29,445 bases of DNA from a virus (IMGVR_UViG_3300046786_000270:1-29445); one strand, 5' to 3'. Positions 1 to 9,671 are shown, numbered from the stretch's first letter. The notes: generated from the letters alone by a model not told the origin. Translations and numbers: made by a program.

Positions 1-723
1 AACCCAATGACTGATGCTGACCAAATTATAGACTTAAACGTGTTTCCTTGGCCTTTTGAAACTAGTTCAATGAGTCATATTAACGCTGGTAATGTTTTGC
101 ATTTGTTGGGAGATAATCCAAGTGATATAATCAAAGTTATAAATGAAATGTATAGAGTGAGTGCTGACGGCGCCGTGTGGGAAGTTACTACTCCTCATCC
201 TAGACAGGATGCTTTCTTGGGTGACCCCGAAAGAAAAAGATTCATTACCGGAAGTACTTTCTTATTGTTTGATAAACAACTTAGCGTGAACGTTCTTAAT
301 AGTGGTTTAGGAGATATAACTCCTGCAATCACACATGATGTTGATATAGAAATTACCTCACATAAACATTCGTTTAACGATGACATAGGAATGCAGGTAA
401 CTAAAAATATGATACCAACTGACGTAGCAGATGATATGATGTTTCGAGCATTCAACGTAGGATCTGAATCACATTATGATATATTAGTACATAAGCCTAG
501 TAGAGTAACAGTAAAAGAATTAAATGATGCAATTAGTTACCGAAAAAGTAATTCAAAGGTAACAAAGACACCAACTTTGACTCCAATCAATCAAGTCAAT
601 GTGTCAAACCAACAATCAAAGACGAATATGCAATGGCAACCACTATACAATGCCAAAGCTAACCAGACGAACAAAGCCAATGATACTTTAACTCGTTTTG
701 TGCAAGCAATGGATAGATCCTAA
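1..723 (+). CDS. SAM-dependent methyltransferase-like protein (type 11-like), probably 5'-truncated by the window edge
   Basis: DLNVFPWPFETSS...NEMYRV...PHPRQDAFLGDP matches the phage/bacterial Methyltransf_11-like pattern (DLN.FPWPF...E.YRV...PH...DPTH). The frame is open from base 1 and the GxG motif I is missing, so the true start probably lies upstream. The C-terminal tail is Q/N/T-rich. Confidence 0.6.
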   Translation, partial: NPMTDADQIIDLNVFPWPFETSSMSHINAGNVLHLLGDNPSDIIKVINEMYRVSADGAVWEVTTPHPRQDAFLGDPERKRFITGSTFLLFDKQLSVNVLNSGLGDITPAITHDVDIEITSHKHSFNDDIGMQVTKNMIPTDVADDMMFRAFNVGSESHYDILVHKPSRVTVKELNDAISYRKSNSKVTKTPTLTPINQVNVSNQQSKTNMQWQPLYNAKANQTNKANDTLTRFVQAMDRS

Positions 724-725
724 AT

Positions 726-1433
726 ATGTTAAATTTATTTTATAAACACGATTTGCGTGTAGACTCAGCATATATTATCACTGTAAAGGGTAATCAAGAT
801 AGTGAAAACTATTCAAACAGATGCGCCCAAAGTTGTAATGATGTAGGTATGCCATATAAAATTTGGGATGCATACAATGGAATAAACTCAAATATAATTA
901 TTCCACCGGATAACCTTCGAGACAACGCATTCATGGATATGATTAAAGTAACCGATCATTATCTAACTAGGGGAGAGGTAGCATGTGCATTAAGTCACAT
1001 AAGTCTTTGGAATCACTGTGTACTAATTGATAGACCTATTGTGATATTAGAACACGATGCCATAATGATTGAAAGATTTGATTACCATGTTAACTATAAT
1101 TCTATTATATATTTAGGTGGACAAGAATGGAAAGATGGTTGGGACATGCTTCCGGTACCGCCCCATGCAACAGATGGACCTAACTGTCATTTTATTTGCA
1201 GGGCACATGCGTATTCAATAGATCCTACAGTGGCTAAAAATATGTTAGCACATGTACTAAAACTAGGCATTTGTGACCCCTTAGACATAATGTTAAGAAC
1301 TGATTTGTTTAGTGTCACACATTGTGGATTTTACGCATATGACCAAAACTTAAATGTAACCAATGACACAACTATAAAGAATAGACCGTTGGAAGGTAGA
1401 ACAACTAAAAGAAATCCAAACTTAGAATGGTAA
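726..1433 (+). CDS. glycosyltransferase family 25 (LPS/LOS biosynthesis-type)
   Basis: LTRGEVACALSHISLW...IVILEHDA and AHAYSI...AKNML match the GT25 signatures (GE.GC..SH...W, LEDD, ..AY.I....AK.LL). Confidence 0.8.
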   Translation: MLNLFYKHDLRVDSAYIITVKGNQDSENYSNRCAQSCNDVGMPYKIWDAYNGINSNIIIPPDNLRDNAFMDMIKVTDHYLTRGEVACALSHISLWNHCVLIDRPIVILEHDAIMIERFDYHVNYNSIIYLGGQEWKDGWDMLPVPPHATDGPNCHFICRAHAYSIDPTVAKNMLAHVLKLGICDPLDIMLRTDLFSVTHCGFYAYDQNLNVTNDTTIKNRPLEGRTTKRNPNLEW

Positions 1434-1439
1434 ACAAAA

Positions 1440-2117
1440 ATGAAACAAGCAATTTTTACTTATAGAAATTTTCAAATAGATCCAAGGATAGCAGAATATC
1501 AAGAAAGAGTCATTGACAAAATGACGATGCATAGTGGTATAGACTTTAGACCATTGTTTTACAATGCTAAAGACGGAGATCATTTTCCAGATCAATGTAT
1601 TGATTATGGACTTAATACATTATTTTTTGAACAACACTATGACTGTGTATTGATACTTGACATTGATTGTATTCCATTATCAAACGCAGCCTTGTATTTT
1701 ACGTTTCAAAAAGCTGCAAGTGGCAGATTGGTTGGAAATGCACAAAGATCGTTACATTTAGATAACAATGAACACCTGTTCATAGGGTCTAGTTGTTTGT
1801 GTCTATCTAGAGATACTTACTTAAAAATGGGAAAACCCTCAGCAAGCTGCACGCCAAGAGGAGACATATGTGAAGAATTTACATACATTGCCGACAATCT
1901 AGGTATTCCAGTAGAAATGTATGTACCACAATCATATGAAGCTAGTCCCTATGGAATCAACGAGTGGCCATTAAGTAAAGGCCTAAAGCCCTATGGCATA
2001 GGGACTACGTTTGTAGACAGTGTTGATTATCCAATGTTCTATCATTTGTTTGAATCTAGACATAATCTACATGTAGATAGGTTTGTTAAAAAGTGTGAGA
2101 GCTTACTGCAGGAGTGA
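1440..2117 (+). CDS. putative nucleotide-diphospho-sugar (GT-A fold) glycosyltransferase
   Basis: Hydrophobic strand followed by a DxD motif (VLILDIDCIPL), RGDICEE, C-terminal FYHLF; adjacent to the GT25 gene. Confidence 0.5.
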   Translation: MKQAIFTYRNFQIDPRIAEYQERVIDKMTMHSGIDFRPLFYNAKDGDHFPDQCIDYGLNTLFFEQHYDCVLILDIDCIPLSNAALYFTFQKAASGRLVGNAQRSLHLDNNEHLFIGSSCLCLSRDTYLKMGKPSASCTPRGDICEEFTYIADNLGIPVEMYVPQSYEASPYGINEWPLSKGLKPYGIGTTFVDSVDYPMFYHLFESRHNLHVDRFVKKCESLLQE

Positions 2118-2123
2118 TAAGTA
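2116..2123 (+). promoter_or_regulatory. T4-late-like promoter box variant (GATAAGTA)
   Basis: TAAGTA ends 5 nt before an in-frame GTG (2129) and 8 nt before ATG (2132). Same geometry as the TAAATA boxes at 13465/13474 and 28730. Confidence 0.35.
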
Positions 2124-2131
2124 CATTCGTG

Positions 2132-2566
2132 ATGAATGTATTTCAAATGAACTATGATACCAGACTAAGAAGCTGGTACGACTTAAGAACAAAATTAGAA
2201 CAAGCTGACACTAAATCCAAATGCGTAGAAATTGACCAATGGTGGCAAAAAGCCCCTCTGGTCAATCACCATTTACACATATTAGATTCGGCAAACTGGC
2301 CCGGACCATGGGAACTTTTGGTAGAAAACACCTATTGTACTGTTGCAAGAGCACTGGGAATGTGTTATACTTTGTTACTAACAGGAATAGATGATATAGA
2401 ATTGGTAGAAGCAACTGATAGTAACGGGGAAGATGTGGTATTAGTCCTAGTTGACCACGCAAAATATGTACTTAATTACTGGCCCGAGACGGTAGTAAAT
2501 AACTGTTCAAAAGACTTTACCATCAAGCGTAAGATAGATATCACAGACTTACAACAAAAAATATAA
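2132..2566 (+). CDS. phage protein resembling a degenerate transglutaminase-like cysteine protease (BTLCP/C93-like)
   Basis: WPGPWELL...YCTVARALGMCYTL...G...VVLVLV...YVLNY parallels the BTLCP pattern W.TP.E.L...DCEDYAIAKY..L...G...HAVL.V...VLDN. The start could be GTG 2114, GTG 2129 or ATG 2132. Confidence 0.45.
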   Translation: MNVFQMNYDTRLRSWYDLRTKLEQADTKSKCVEIDQWWQKAPLVNHHLHILDSANWPGPWELLVENTYCTVARALGMCYTLLLTGIDDIELVEATDSNGEDVVLVLVDHAKYVLNYWPETVVNNCSKDFTIKRKIDITDLQQKI

Positions 2567-2576
2567 TAGGTGCAAA

Positions 2577-4916
2577 ATGAATAATATAAATGTAGTGAAA
2601 CGAAGCGGAGAAACAGTACCATTAGACATAAGTAAGATACAGAGACAAGTTCAATACGGTTGCAGAGGCATAGATAATGTAAGCCCAAGCATGATTGAGA
2701 TTAAAGCACAGATTGAGTTACACGATGGGATGAGCACCAAAACTATCGATGAATTACTACTCAAAGCAATGGTAGACTTGATTGACGAGTCTGAAAACAC
2801 CGATATAAACAACGTAAACTATCAATATGTAGCAGGACGCCAAAAAGTATCTATGCTACGCAAAGAAGTATATGGAACATACACTCCTCCCCCACTCTAT
2901 GATATTGTCAAAAAGAACGTAGAACTAGGGATGTATACTAGTGAGTTACTAGATTGGTATTCTAAAGAAGAATGGGATATCATTGATTTGTTTATCGACC
3001 ATAGCAAGGACGAAAATTACACCTATGCGGCTATCGCTCAATTAGCAGAAAAGTACCTAGTTCAGAACCGTGCTACTGGTCAAATATTTGAAACTCCTCA
3101 AGTAAGATATGCAATAGCAGCCGCTACTGCGTTTCACAACGAACCTAAAGATAAGAGGTTAAAGTATGTTAAAGAATACTACGAATGTGCTAGCGATGGT
3201 CATTTTACTCTTGCTACTCCTGTCTTGGCTGGGCTTGGTACTACTACCAAACAGTTTAGTAGCTGTGTACTCATTTCTAGTGATGATACTCTTGATAGCA
3301 TCTTTGCCGCTGGAGAAATGATGGCTAAGTATGCTAGCAAACGTGCTGGCATCGGATTAGAGATTGGTCGTATTCGCCCACTAGGCGCACCTATTCGTAA
3401 CGGAGAGATTAAGCACACGGGTATGATTCCCTTCTTAAAGAAGTGGTTCGGTGACCTACGTAGTTGCAGTCAAGGTGGTGTTCGTAATGCTAGCTGTACA
3501 GTTACATTCCCCATATGGCACTATCAGTTTGAAGACCTTATCGTATTAAAGAACAATCAGGGAACGGAAGAGACCAGAGTAAGACAAATGGACTATAGTG
3601 TTGTAGTCAACAAGATGTTCTGGAATCGTTTTAAGAACAATGAAAATGTTACATTGTTTGATCCACATGAAGTACCAGACTTATACGAAGCCTTCTATAG
3701 AGATACAGAAGAATTTGAAACACTATACAAACACTATGAACATAAGCGTGGCATCAAAAAGAAAACATTGCCAGCAGTAGAGATTTTCAAGAATGGTATA
3801 CTAAAAGAACGTACAGACACAGGTCGTATCTATCTAGTATTCATTGATAACGTAATTAATCAGGGTCCGTTTGATACTAAACTAGATCCGATTTATCAGA
3901 GTAACCTTTGCCAAGAAATACTATTACCTACAAAGCCCTTTCAACGCATTGAAGACGAGGCTGGCAGAATTGCCCTATGTACTTTGGGTAGCCAGAATTG
4001 GGGAGCATTCAAGACTCCTCAAGAAATGCGTAAGAGTGCTAGGGTATTAGTGCGTAGTCTAAGTAATCTCCTTAGCTATCAAGACTTCCTCTCAGTTCAG
4101 AGTAAGTTAGCTAACTTAGATTTCGAGCCTCTTGGTATAGGGATTACCAATTTAGCATACTGGCACGCCAAGCGTGGCTTCAAGTATGGAACACCAGAAG
4201 CACTCGCTGAAGTTAAGCGTTGGATGGAACATCAGGCATACTATCTGATTGAAGCAAGTGTAGAATTAGCACAAGAAAAGGGTGCATGTCAAAAGTCGGC
4301 ACAAACATTCTATGGTAAGGGTATCTTCCCTTGGGAAAGACGTAGCAAAGGGGTAGATGAACTAACTGACTTCACACCTAGTAGTAATTTAGATTGGGAA
4401 ACACTACGCCAGAATCTATTGAAATATGGCATTCGTAATGCTACACTAATGGCTGTAGCACCCGTAGAATCTAGTAGTGTTGTATTGAATAGTACAAATG
4501 GTATTGAAATGCCAATGGAACTAATCAGTGTCAAAGAAAGTAAAGCAGGTAGTTTCGTTCAAGTTGTACCCGAATACAAACGACTAAAGAATCGATATCA
4601 ATTGATGTGGGATCAACGTGATTGTGCAGATTATCTAAAGACAGCCGCAGTATTAGCAGCCTACATAGACCAATCTATTTCGACAAACACATTCTATAAT
4701 CCTGCTCACTTTGAAGGTGGTAAAGTTCCTGCTACATTAATCAGTAAGAACTTAATGCTAGCATATAAGTGGGGCATTAAGACCATTTACTATAGCTTGA
4801 TTAACAAAGTAGGTGCAAAGGCAGCACTACAAGATGAGAATAAAGTTATTCCATTCATTAAGCAAGAACTTATAGAAATGGAATTTGATGATGACTGCGA
4901 AGCATGTAAGTTATAA
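2577..4916 (+). CDS. nrdA: ribonucleoside-diphosphate reductase class Ia, alpha subunit (with N-terminal ATP cone)
   Basis: VVKRSG ATP cone, TKQFSSC, SNLCQEI (radical Cys/Glu), IALCTL, GIKTIYY, C-terminal CEAC; 779 aa with no intein-sized insertion. Confidence 0.98.
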   Translation: MNNINVVKRSGETVPLDISKIQRQVQYGCRGIDNVSPSMIEIKAQIELHDGMSTKTIDELLLKAMVDLIDESENTDINNVNYQYVAGRQKVSMLRKEVYGTYTPPPLYDIVKKNVELGMYTSELLDWYSKEEWDIIDLFIDHSKDENYTYAAIAQLAEKYLVQNRATGQIFETPQVRYAIAAATAFHNEPKDKRLKYVKEYYECASDGHFTLATPVLAGLGTTTKQFSSCVLISSDDTLDSIFAAGEMMAKYASKRAGIGLEIGRIRPLGAPIRNGEIKHTGMIPFLKKWFGDLRSCSQGGVRNASCTVTFPIWHYQFEDLIVLKNNQGTEETRVRQMDYSVVVNKMFWNRFKNNENVTLFDPHEVPDLYEAFYRDTEEFETLYKHYEHKRGIKKKTLPAVEIFKNGILKERTDTGRIYLVFIDNVINQGPFDTKLDPIYQSNLCQEILLPTKPFQRIEDEAGRIALCTLGSQNWGAFKTPQEMRKSARVLVRSLSNLLSYQDFLSVQSKLANLDFEPLGIGITNLAYWHAKRGFKYGTPEALAEVKRWMEHQAYYLIEASVELAQEKGACQKSAQTFYGKGIFPWERRSKGVDELTDFTPSSNLDWETLRQNLLKYGIRNATLMAVAPVESSSVVLNSTNGIEMPMELISVKESKAGSFVQVVPEYKRLKNRYQLMWDQRDCADYLKTAAVLAAYIDQSISTNTFYNPAHFEGGKVPATLISKNLMLAYKWGIKTIYYSLINKVGAKAALQDENKVIPFIKQELIEMEFDDDCEACKL

Positions 4917-4924
4917 GGAACATT

Positions 4925-5530
4925 ATGAGAAACATTTTATTAGTATTAGCGTTTAGTTTATTTGGATTCAATTCATTTGCACAGTCTCTTACTGTTTGCC
5001 AAGGTAAGTTTGCATTATGTGCGGCAAGCACTTGTACTAAAACAGGCAAGACAATCACAACTAACAACGGAGTTACATACCCTGAAGTTGTTTGTAAATG
5101 TCCAGTATTAGAAGGTCCTAGTATTGCTGATTTAAGTGCGGGCGTTATGAAGGGTACATGTAATGTAGATGATCCTAAGACTCAAGTATGGAGCTTGTTT
5201 GCCCCACGTTTAGTTGAAGGGTTTCATTATCCACAAGAAGCTAATAATTTTGTACGAGTTCCCCCAAGTGCTACTAAAGCACAAATTCAAAGTTGCCCAG
5301 GCGCAATCGCTGAAGGTTCAACTAACTGCTGGGGTATGATGTGTAAGTATGACAAAGATCCTACAAACGGAACTGTCACAGCTACATGCTCATGCCCAAT
5401 TGGTCAAATCGCTAAAGGCACTGAATTCTTAACAGAAGCCGGTCAAGGCAATAAAGAAGCATGTGCAAAGCATCCAGTAGCAGCACCCAACCCACTGGCA
5501 AAACCAGTACCACTCACACAGGTAAAATAA
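4925..5530 (+). CDS. secreted cysteine-rich protein of unknown function
   Basis: Sec-type signal peptide (MRNILLVLAFSLFGFNSFA|Q), 12 Cys in the mature part, SD-like AAGGA upstream; sits between nrdA and nrdB. Confidence 0.8.
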   Translation: MRNILLVLAFSLFGFNSFAQSLTVCQGKFALCAASTCTKTGKTITTNNGVTYPEVVCKCPVLEGPSIADLSAGVMKGTCNVDDPKTQVWSLFAPRLVEGFHYPQEANNFVRVPPSATKAQIQSCPGAIAEGSTNCWGMMCKYDKDPTNGTVTATCSCPIGQIAKGTEFLTEAGQGNKEACAKHPVAAPNPLAKPVPLTQVK

Positions 5531-5531
5531 T

Positions 5532-6632
5532 ATGAGCAAAGCACAATATAACTTAAGTAAACCTACCAACTACCTAACACGTTCAATGTTTCTAGACCCA
5601 GAGGGTCCTGTAACTGTACAACGTTTTGAGGAAGTAAAGTATCCCAAGATTCAGAAGTACGAAGAAACAGCACGTGGTTTCTTTTGGGTACCTGAAGAAA
5701 TCAGTTTAACAAAAGACAAGATTGACCACAAAGAAGCCAGTGAAGCTATCAAACATATCTTTACTAGCAATCTATTGCGTCAAACAGCATTAGATAGTAT
5801 TCAAGGTCGTGCTCCTAGTCAAGTATTAGGACCTGTATGTAGTATTCCAGAACTAGAAGCATTGACATTGACATGGGGATTCTTTGAGACAAGTATTCAT
5901 AGTAAGAGTTACAGTCACATTATTCGTAATGTATATGGTGTACCTAAAGAAGAATTCAGTAAGATTCACGACACTAAGCCTATCATTGATATGGCTAGCA
6001 CAATTGGTAATCACTATGAAAATTTACATCAATTGAATTGTCAGAAAGAGATTGGACAAACAGTTGACGAATACGAACATATCAAAGCTATTTGGTTAGC
6101 ATTGAATGCCAGCTATGCTTTAGAAGCATTACGATTCATGGTATCATTCGCTACAAGTTTAGCAATGGTTGAAAACAAGATTTATATTGGTAATGGAAAT
6201 ATTATCAGTCTTATTCTACAAGACGAAGTATTACACAAAGAATGGACTGGTTATATCATTAACCAAGTAGTCAAAGAAGATCCTCGCTTTGCTAAAGCAA
6301 AGATTGAATGCGAACGTGAAGTATATAATATGTACTTAGACGTTATCCGTGAAGAAAAAGCCTGGGCAGAATATCTGTTCAGTAAGGGTGTAGTTATCGG
6401 ACTAAACGCAGAGATATTAAAAGACTTTGTGGATTATACTGCGTTTACCGCATTGAAAGAAATCGGGATTCGCTATAATGAGAATCATCCAAAACATAGC
6501 CCTATACCATGGTTCAATAAGCACGTAAACATTAACAAGAAGCAAACAGCACTACAAGAAAACGAATCAACAAACTATGTTATTGGTGTGATGAGTGACA
6601 ATGTAGAATATGAAGAATTACCAACACTATAA
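5532..6632 (+). CDS. nrdB: ribonucleoside-diphosphate reductase class Ia, beta subunit
   Basis: FFWVPEE, QTALDSIQGR, ETSIHSKSY (radical Tyr), LEALRF.VSF, DEVLH, and C-terminal QENESTNYVIG (Y356 equivalent). Confidence 0.97.
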   Translation: MSKAQYNLSKPTNYLTRSMFLDPEGPVTVQRFEEVKYPKIQKYEETARGFFWVPEEISLTKDKIDHKEASEAIKHIFTSNLLRQTALDSIQGRAPSQVLGPVCSIPELEALTLTWGFFETSIHSKSYSHIIRNVYGVPKEEFSKIHDTKPIIDMASTIGNHYENLHQLNCQKEIGQTVDEYEHIKAIWLALNASYALEALRFMVSFATSLAMVENKIYIGNGNIISLILQDEVLHKEWTGYIINQVVKEDPRFAKAKIECEREVYNMYLDVIREEKAWAEYLFSKGVVIGLNAEILKDFVDYTAFTALKEIGIRYNENHPKHSPIPWFNKHVNINKKQTALQENESTNYVIGVMSDNVEYEELPTL

Positions 6633-6642
6633 GGAGAATATA

Positions 6643-6879
6643 ATGAAAGCAGTTGTATGGAGTAAGTATCAGTGTCCCTATTGTGAGCAAGCAAAACAAT
6701 TATTGTCACAAAGAGGAATCAAGTTTGAAGAACGCAAGATTGGTGACGGATGGACAAAAGAAGATTTATTAGAAGCAGTTCCAACAGCACGTACAGTACC
6801 ACAAATTTTCTTAGACGATGAACTCATTGGTGGGTTCAACGAATTAAGAGAACGTCTATTAACAGAAGGCATCAAATGA
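6643..6879 (+). CDS. glutaredoxin (NrdC/NrdH-type RNR redoxin)
   Basis: CPYC active site, RTVPQIF, IGGF. SD AAGGAG at 6631-6636 supports ATG 6643 over 6610. Confidence 0.95.
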   Translation: MKAVVWSKYQCPYCEQAKQLLSQRGIKFEERKIGDGWTKEDLLEAVPTARTVPQIFLDDELIGGFNELRERLLTEGIK

Positions 6880-7178
6880 CATTAGAAGTAGGAAAAGTTT
6901 ATACATTTAAGTTCAACTCCGGAGAAGAAGTTGTCGCAAAATACAGTTCTGAGTGTGTCGGAGATTACATTAATGTAACAGACCCAGTTAGTATTGCACC
7001 TGGACCACAGGGCATGGGTCTAATTCCCAGTCTATTTACCGCAGATTCCAAGCAATCTGTGACGATAAATACTAATAGTATTGCTATGTACTGCGAAACT
7101 GAAGATTCAGTTAAAATGAAGTACATTGAAGCAACAACTGGAATTCAAGTTCCAGAGAAAAAATTAATCTTAGGGTAA
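6876..7178 (+). CDS. hypothetical phage protein (small beta-rich, possibly Sm-like fold)
   Basis: TFKFNSGEEVVAK pattern typical of small T4-like phage proteins; coupled to the glutaredoxin gene by an ATGA overlap. Confidence 0.6.
   Translation: MTLEVGKVYTFKFNSGEEVVAKYSSECVGDYINVTDPVSIAPGPQGMGLIPSLFTADSKQSVTINTNSIAMYCETEDSVKMKYIEATTGIQVPEKKLILG
7064..7071 (+). promoter_or_regulatory. T4-late-like promoter GATAAATA upstream of the PAAR/structural genes
   Basis: One mismatch to the T4 late consensus TATAAATA, about 110 nt upstream of the PAAR gene, inside the preceding CDS. Confidence 0.45.
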
Positions 7179-7179
7179 T

Positions 7180-7446
7180 ATGGCAAAACTAAGTCGTAAA
7201 GGTGATACAAATCAAGCAGGTGGCGCAATCGTAAGAGGTGCGGGTACTGTGTTTGCTAATGGAATTAACGTGGGTTTACACGTTAGCCCTATCACTGGTC
7301 ACGGCAAAGGTGCTCATAGTGGTCCTTCGACTACAGACGGAAGCCCAACTGTATTTGCAGAAGGCTCTCCGGTACTTAGAGTAGGGTCAGGAAATACTTG
7401 CGGTCATAGTATCGCACAAGGTAGTCCTGATGTGTTCTGCCCATGA
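7180..7446 (+). CDS. PAAR-repeat baseplate spike tip protein (T4 gp5.4-like)
   Basis: LSRKGD...GAGTVFANG...H...H...GSPTVFAEGSPVLRVG...CGH...GSPDVF: PAAR-type repeats with His/Cys Zn ligands. Confidence 0.9.
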   Translation: MAKLSRKGDTNQAGGAIVRGAGTVFANGINVGLHVSPITGHGKGAHSGPSTTDGSPTVFAEGSPVLRVGSGNTCGHSIAQGSPDVFCP

Positions 7447-9671
7447 GTCTGTCAGGAAAACAAAGTCCATTAAGTATTAATTTAATTAGTCAGTTAATAC
7501 AAAATCAGGGCATAACAACACTACAATTAGAAATGCTAGGGCGCAGTTTTAACGCTGTTGCTTATACTCACCAATCTGGCTTAACATTTGCTACCGGAGA
7601 CATTGTTACTATTGCCGGAGTAACTCCTAGTGGGTACAATACTACATCTGGTATTGTCTATGTGAGTATAGATGACATAACTACTGTGTTGTATCCTATT
7701 GACGGTGCAATTCTTCCACCATATGTGTCTGGTGGTACTATTGCTATGTCAAGCGCGCCGGGTACCACAAAAAATATTACTGCGGTTGAGTTAGAATATG
7801 AGCCCGGATCGTTAGTAACAGGTACAGTATTAGATAAATTACAAAAAGCAATGCGTATGGCTTATACTATACAAGGCTCTACGGACATTACTAATACTAC
7901 TATGGCTAACCTACAGAATATAGGAGCAGGTTATATATTGGCACTTGGTAATGGAAAACCCGCTAGCTACACTGATTCATATACAGTTAGTGAAGGTCGT
8001 TATGGCTTCTTAGCATTACCTGCTGAAACATTAACCAATGAGTATTTCTTTATAACAGGTAACTTAACTGAATTCTGTTATAACTTTAACACATGCTATT
8101 CATTCAAAACACAGAGTAACAACATTATTGCTAGTATGGCAAATTCTACTGATTACTTAAATGGAATTTATAGCAATATGAATGACTTGACTACCAGTGA
8201 TGTAACTGGTGTTAACTTAGCAACAGTATATTGGGGACAAGATTTAATCAAACTAGGCAGAGCATTAGACTTATCAAGGATAGAAACATTTGGCCAACCC
8301 AGTTCATTGTTACAAACCCTTGTAGCAAACAACGCACTAACACGCAATGTATCATTGGCATTATTGGCAGCAGGATTAACTACTGAAGAATTAGGTAATA
8401 TTATAGGCAACTTAGCTTTACCTACTGTAGACCAAGAAAAAAGAATATATAGCGGGTTCAGTTTAATAGTAGGTCCTGATCTAACAGAAGTTTGTACACT
8501 TCTTAACGTACAAACAGAAGGTTTGTTGCAATTAAGTGATTTGTTAAATCCTAAATTAATGTTCCCAAATAGTTACAAGAGTTTAACTGTTCCTAAGTAT
8601 AACTCTATGCCAATGGAAACTAACAGCAAAACATACTATTTGATATATGATAGTGGCTCAGTTAACACTGCATTGCGTAGTTTCGGTAGTAACTTGTTTG
8701 GACTAGTTCCTGATGAAATTGCAATTACAGCAGGGTCATTTAGTGCAAGTATGTTACAGATTAAGAACATTGCAAGAATGAACATTGAGAAGTTTGCACA
8801 AGTTGTTACCAACTTAGAAACTACAAAACTATTAGCAGTTAACGGAACTAGTGTTCCAGTCGATGTTCCGGTTGTAGACACCGCACTATCTACAATCGCA
8901 TTGGGTTCAGGAACATATGGAACATATAGAATGGTTGACTTCTTTGGATTATTGTCCGGACTCAACTATAACTTCTATCAGATTAAATCATATATTACTC
9001 AACTACAAACACCAACTCTATCTAGTATCTACCAAGATATGATTGATTTGATTGAGGCTCCAAGCTCAGTTAAGGATGCAGACTTGCAGATATTGATTAA
9101 TCAGGCTAACGTTGAAATTATGACAATTTTTAATAATAAAAACAAAACAGCCAAAGCACTTAATCAACTGTATGAAAACGTAGGAACATTGTTACTAATT
9201 GAAAGAAATGCTAGAGCATTAGCGATGCCCACTACTGAGAATATTACAACATCTGTACAGGATATCTATGCATTTGTGAACAACATGGCACAGTATGCAG
9301 TAGATACATCAACGGGTGAAACTGCTCAAGTATTGGAATCATTAGCAAATACCGCAACAATAGGAGGACAAAGTTTAATAGCTTTAATGCGTGAATCTAG
9401 AAATGCATATCGTTTGGGATTAGCCGGCGGCATACTAGATAACAACATAAGCAATCAGGTGCCCGTGACAGTGGGCAATGGGTTAGGTATACCTAGAGTA
9501 ACAGGAGCAAGTACTGTTCCAGGAAGTTTTGCAGGGTCATCTGCTACAAACTTAGTACCACCCAATTTAGATATATTCAATATTTCGGCAACACCTTTGT
9601 TGCCATCGACACTAACACCAGAAGAAGCAATTGACCAAGTTGTACGTGACAATTGCACATGCTGGGAGTGA
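7443..9671 (+). CDS. putative virion structural protein (baseplate/tail associated)
   Basis: 742 aa, rich in T/S/G/N. The N-terminal beta module HQSGLTFATGDIVTIAGVTPSGYN is typical of phage structural proteins. Overlaps the PAAR stop codon (ATGA). Confidence 0.55.
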   Translation: MSLSGKQSPLSINLISQLIQNQGITTLQLEMLGRSFNAVAYTHQSGLTFATGDIVTIAGVTPSGYNTTSGIVYVSIDDITTVLYPIDGAILPPYVSGGTIAMSSAPGTTKNITAVELEYEPGSLVTGTVLDKLQKAMRMAYTIQGSTDITNTTMANLQNIGAGYILALGNGKPASYTDSYTVSEGRYGFLALPAETLTNEYFFITGNLTEFCYNFNTCYSFKTQSNNIIASMANSTDYLNGIYSNMNDLTTSDVTGVNLATVYWGQDLIKLGRALDLSRIETFGQPSSLLQTLVANNALTRNVSLALLAAGLTTEELGNIIGNLALPTVDQEKRIYSGFSLIVGPDLTEVCTLLNVQTEGLLQLSDLLNPKLMFPNSYKSLTVPKYNSMPMETNSKTYYLIYDSGSVNTALRSFGSNLFGLVPDEIAITAGSFSASMLQIKNIARMNIEKFAQVVTNLETTKLLAVNGTSVPVDVPVVDTALSTIALGSGTYGTYRMVDFFGLLSGLNYNFYQIKSYITQLQTPTLSSIYQDMIDLIEAPSSVKDADLQILINQANVEIMTIFNNKNKTAKALNQLYENVGTLLLIERNARALAMPTTENITTSVQDIYAFVNNMAQYAVDTSTGETAQVLESLANTATIGGQSLIALMRESRNAYRLGLAGGILDNNISNQVPVTVGNGLGIPRVTGASTVPGSFAGSSATNLVPPNLDIFNISATPLLPSTLTPEEAIDQVVRDNCTCWE

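Noticed and set aside
721-728. TAAATA at the methyltransferase/GT25 junction as a promoter
   Set aside because: It is the stop codon running into the next ATG (TAAATATG), leaving no spacing for initiation.
2577-6632. Intein, intron or homing endonuclease in nrdA/nrdB
   Set aside because: Both subunits have normal length and continuous motifs, and the intervening gene lacks nuclease motifs.
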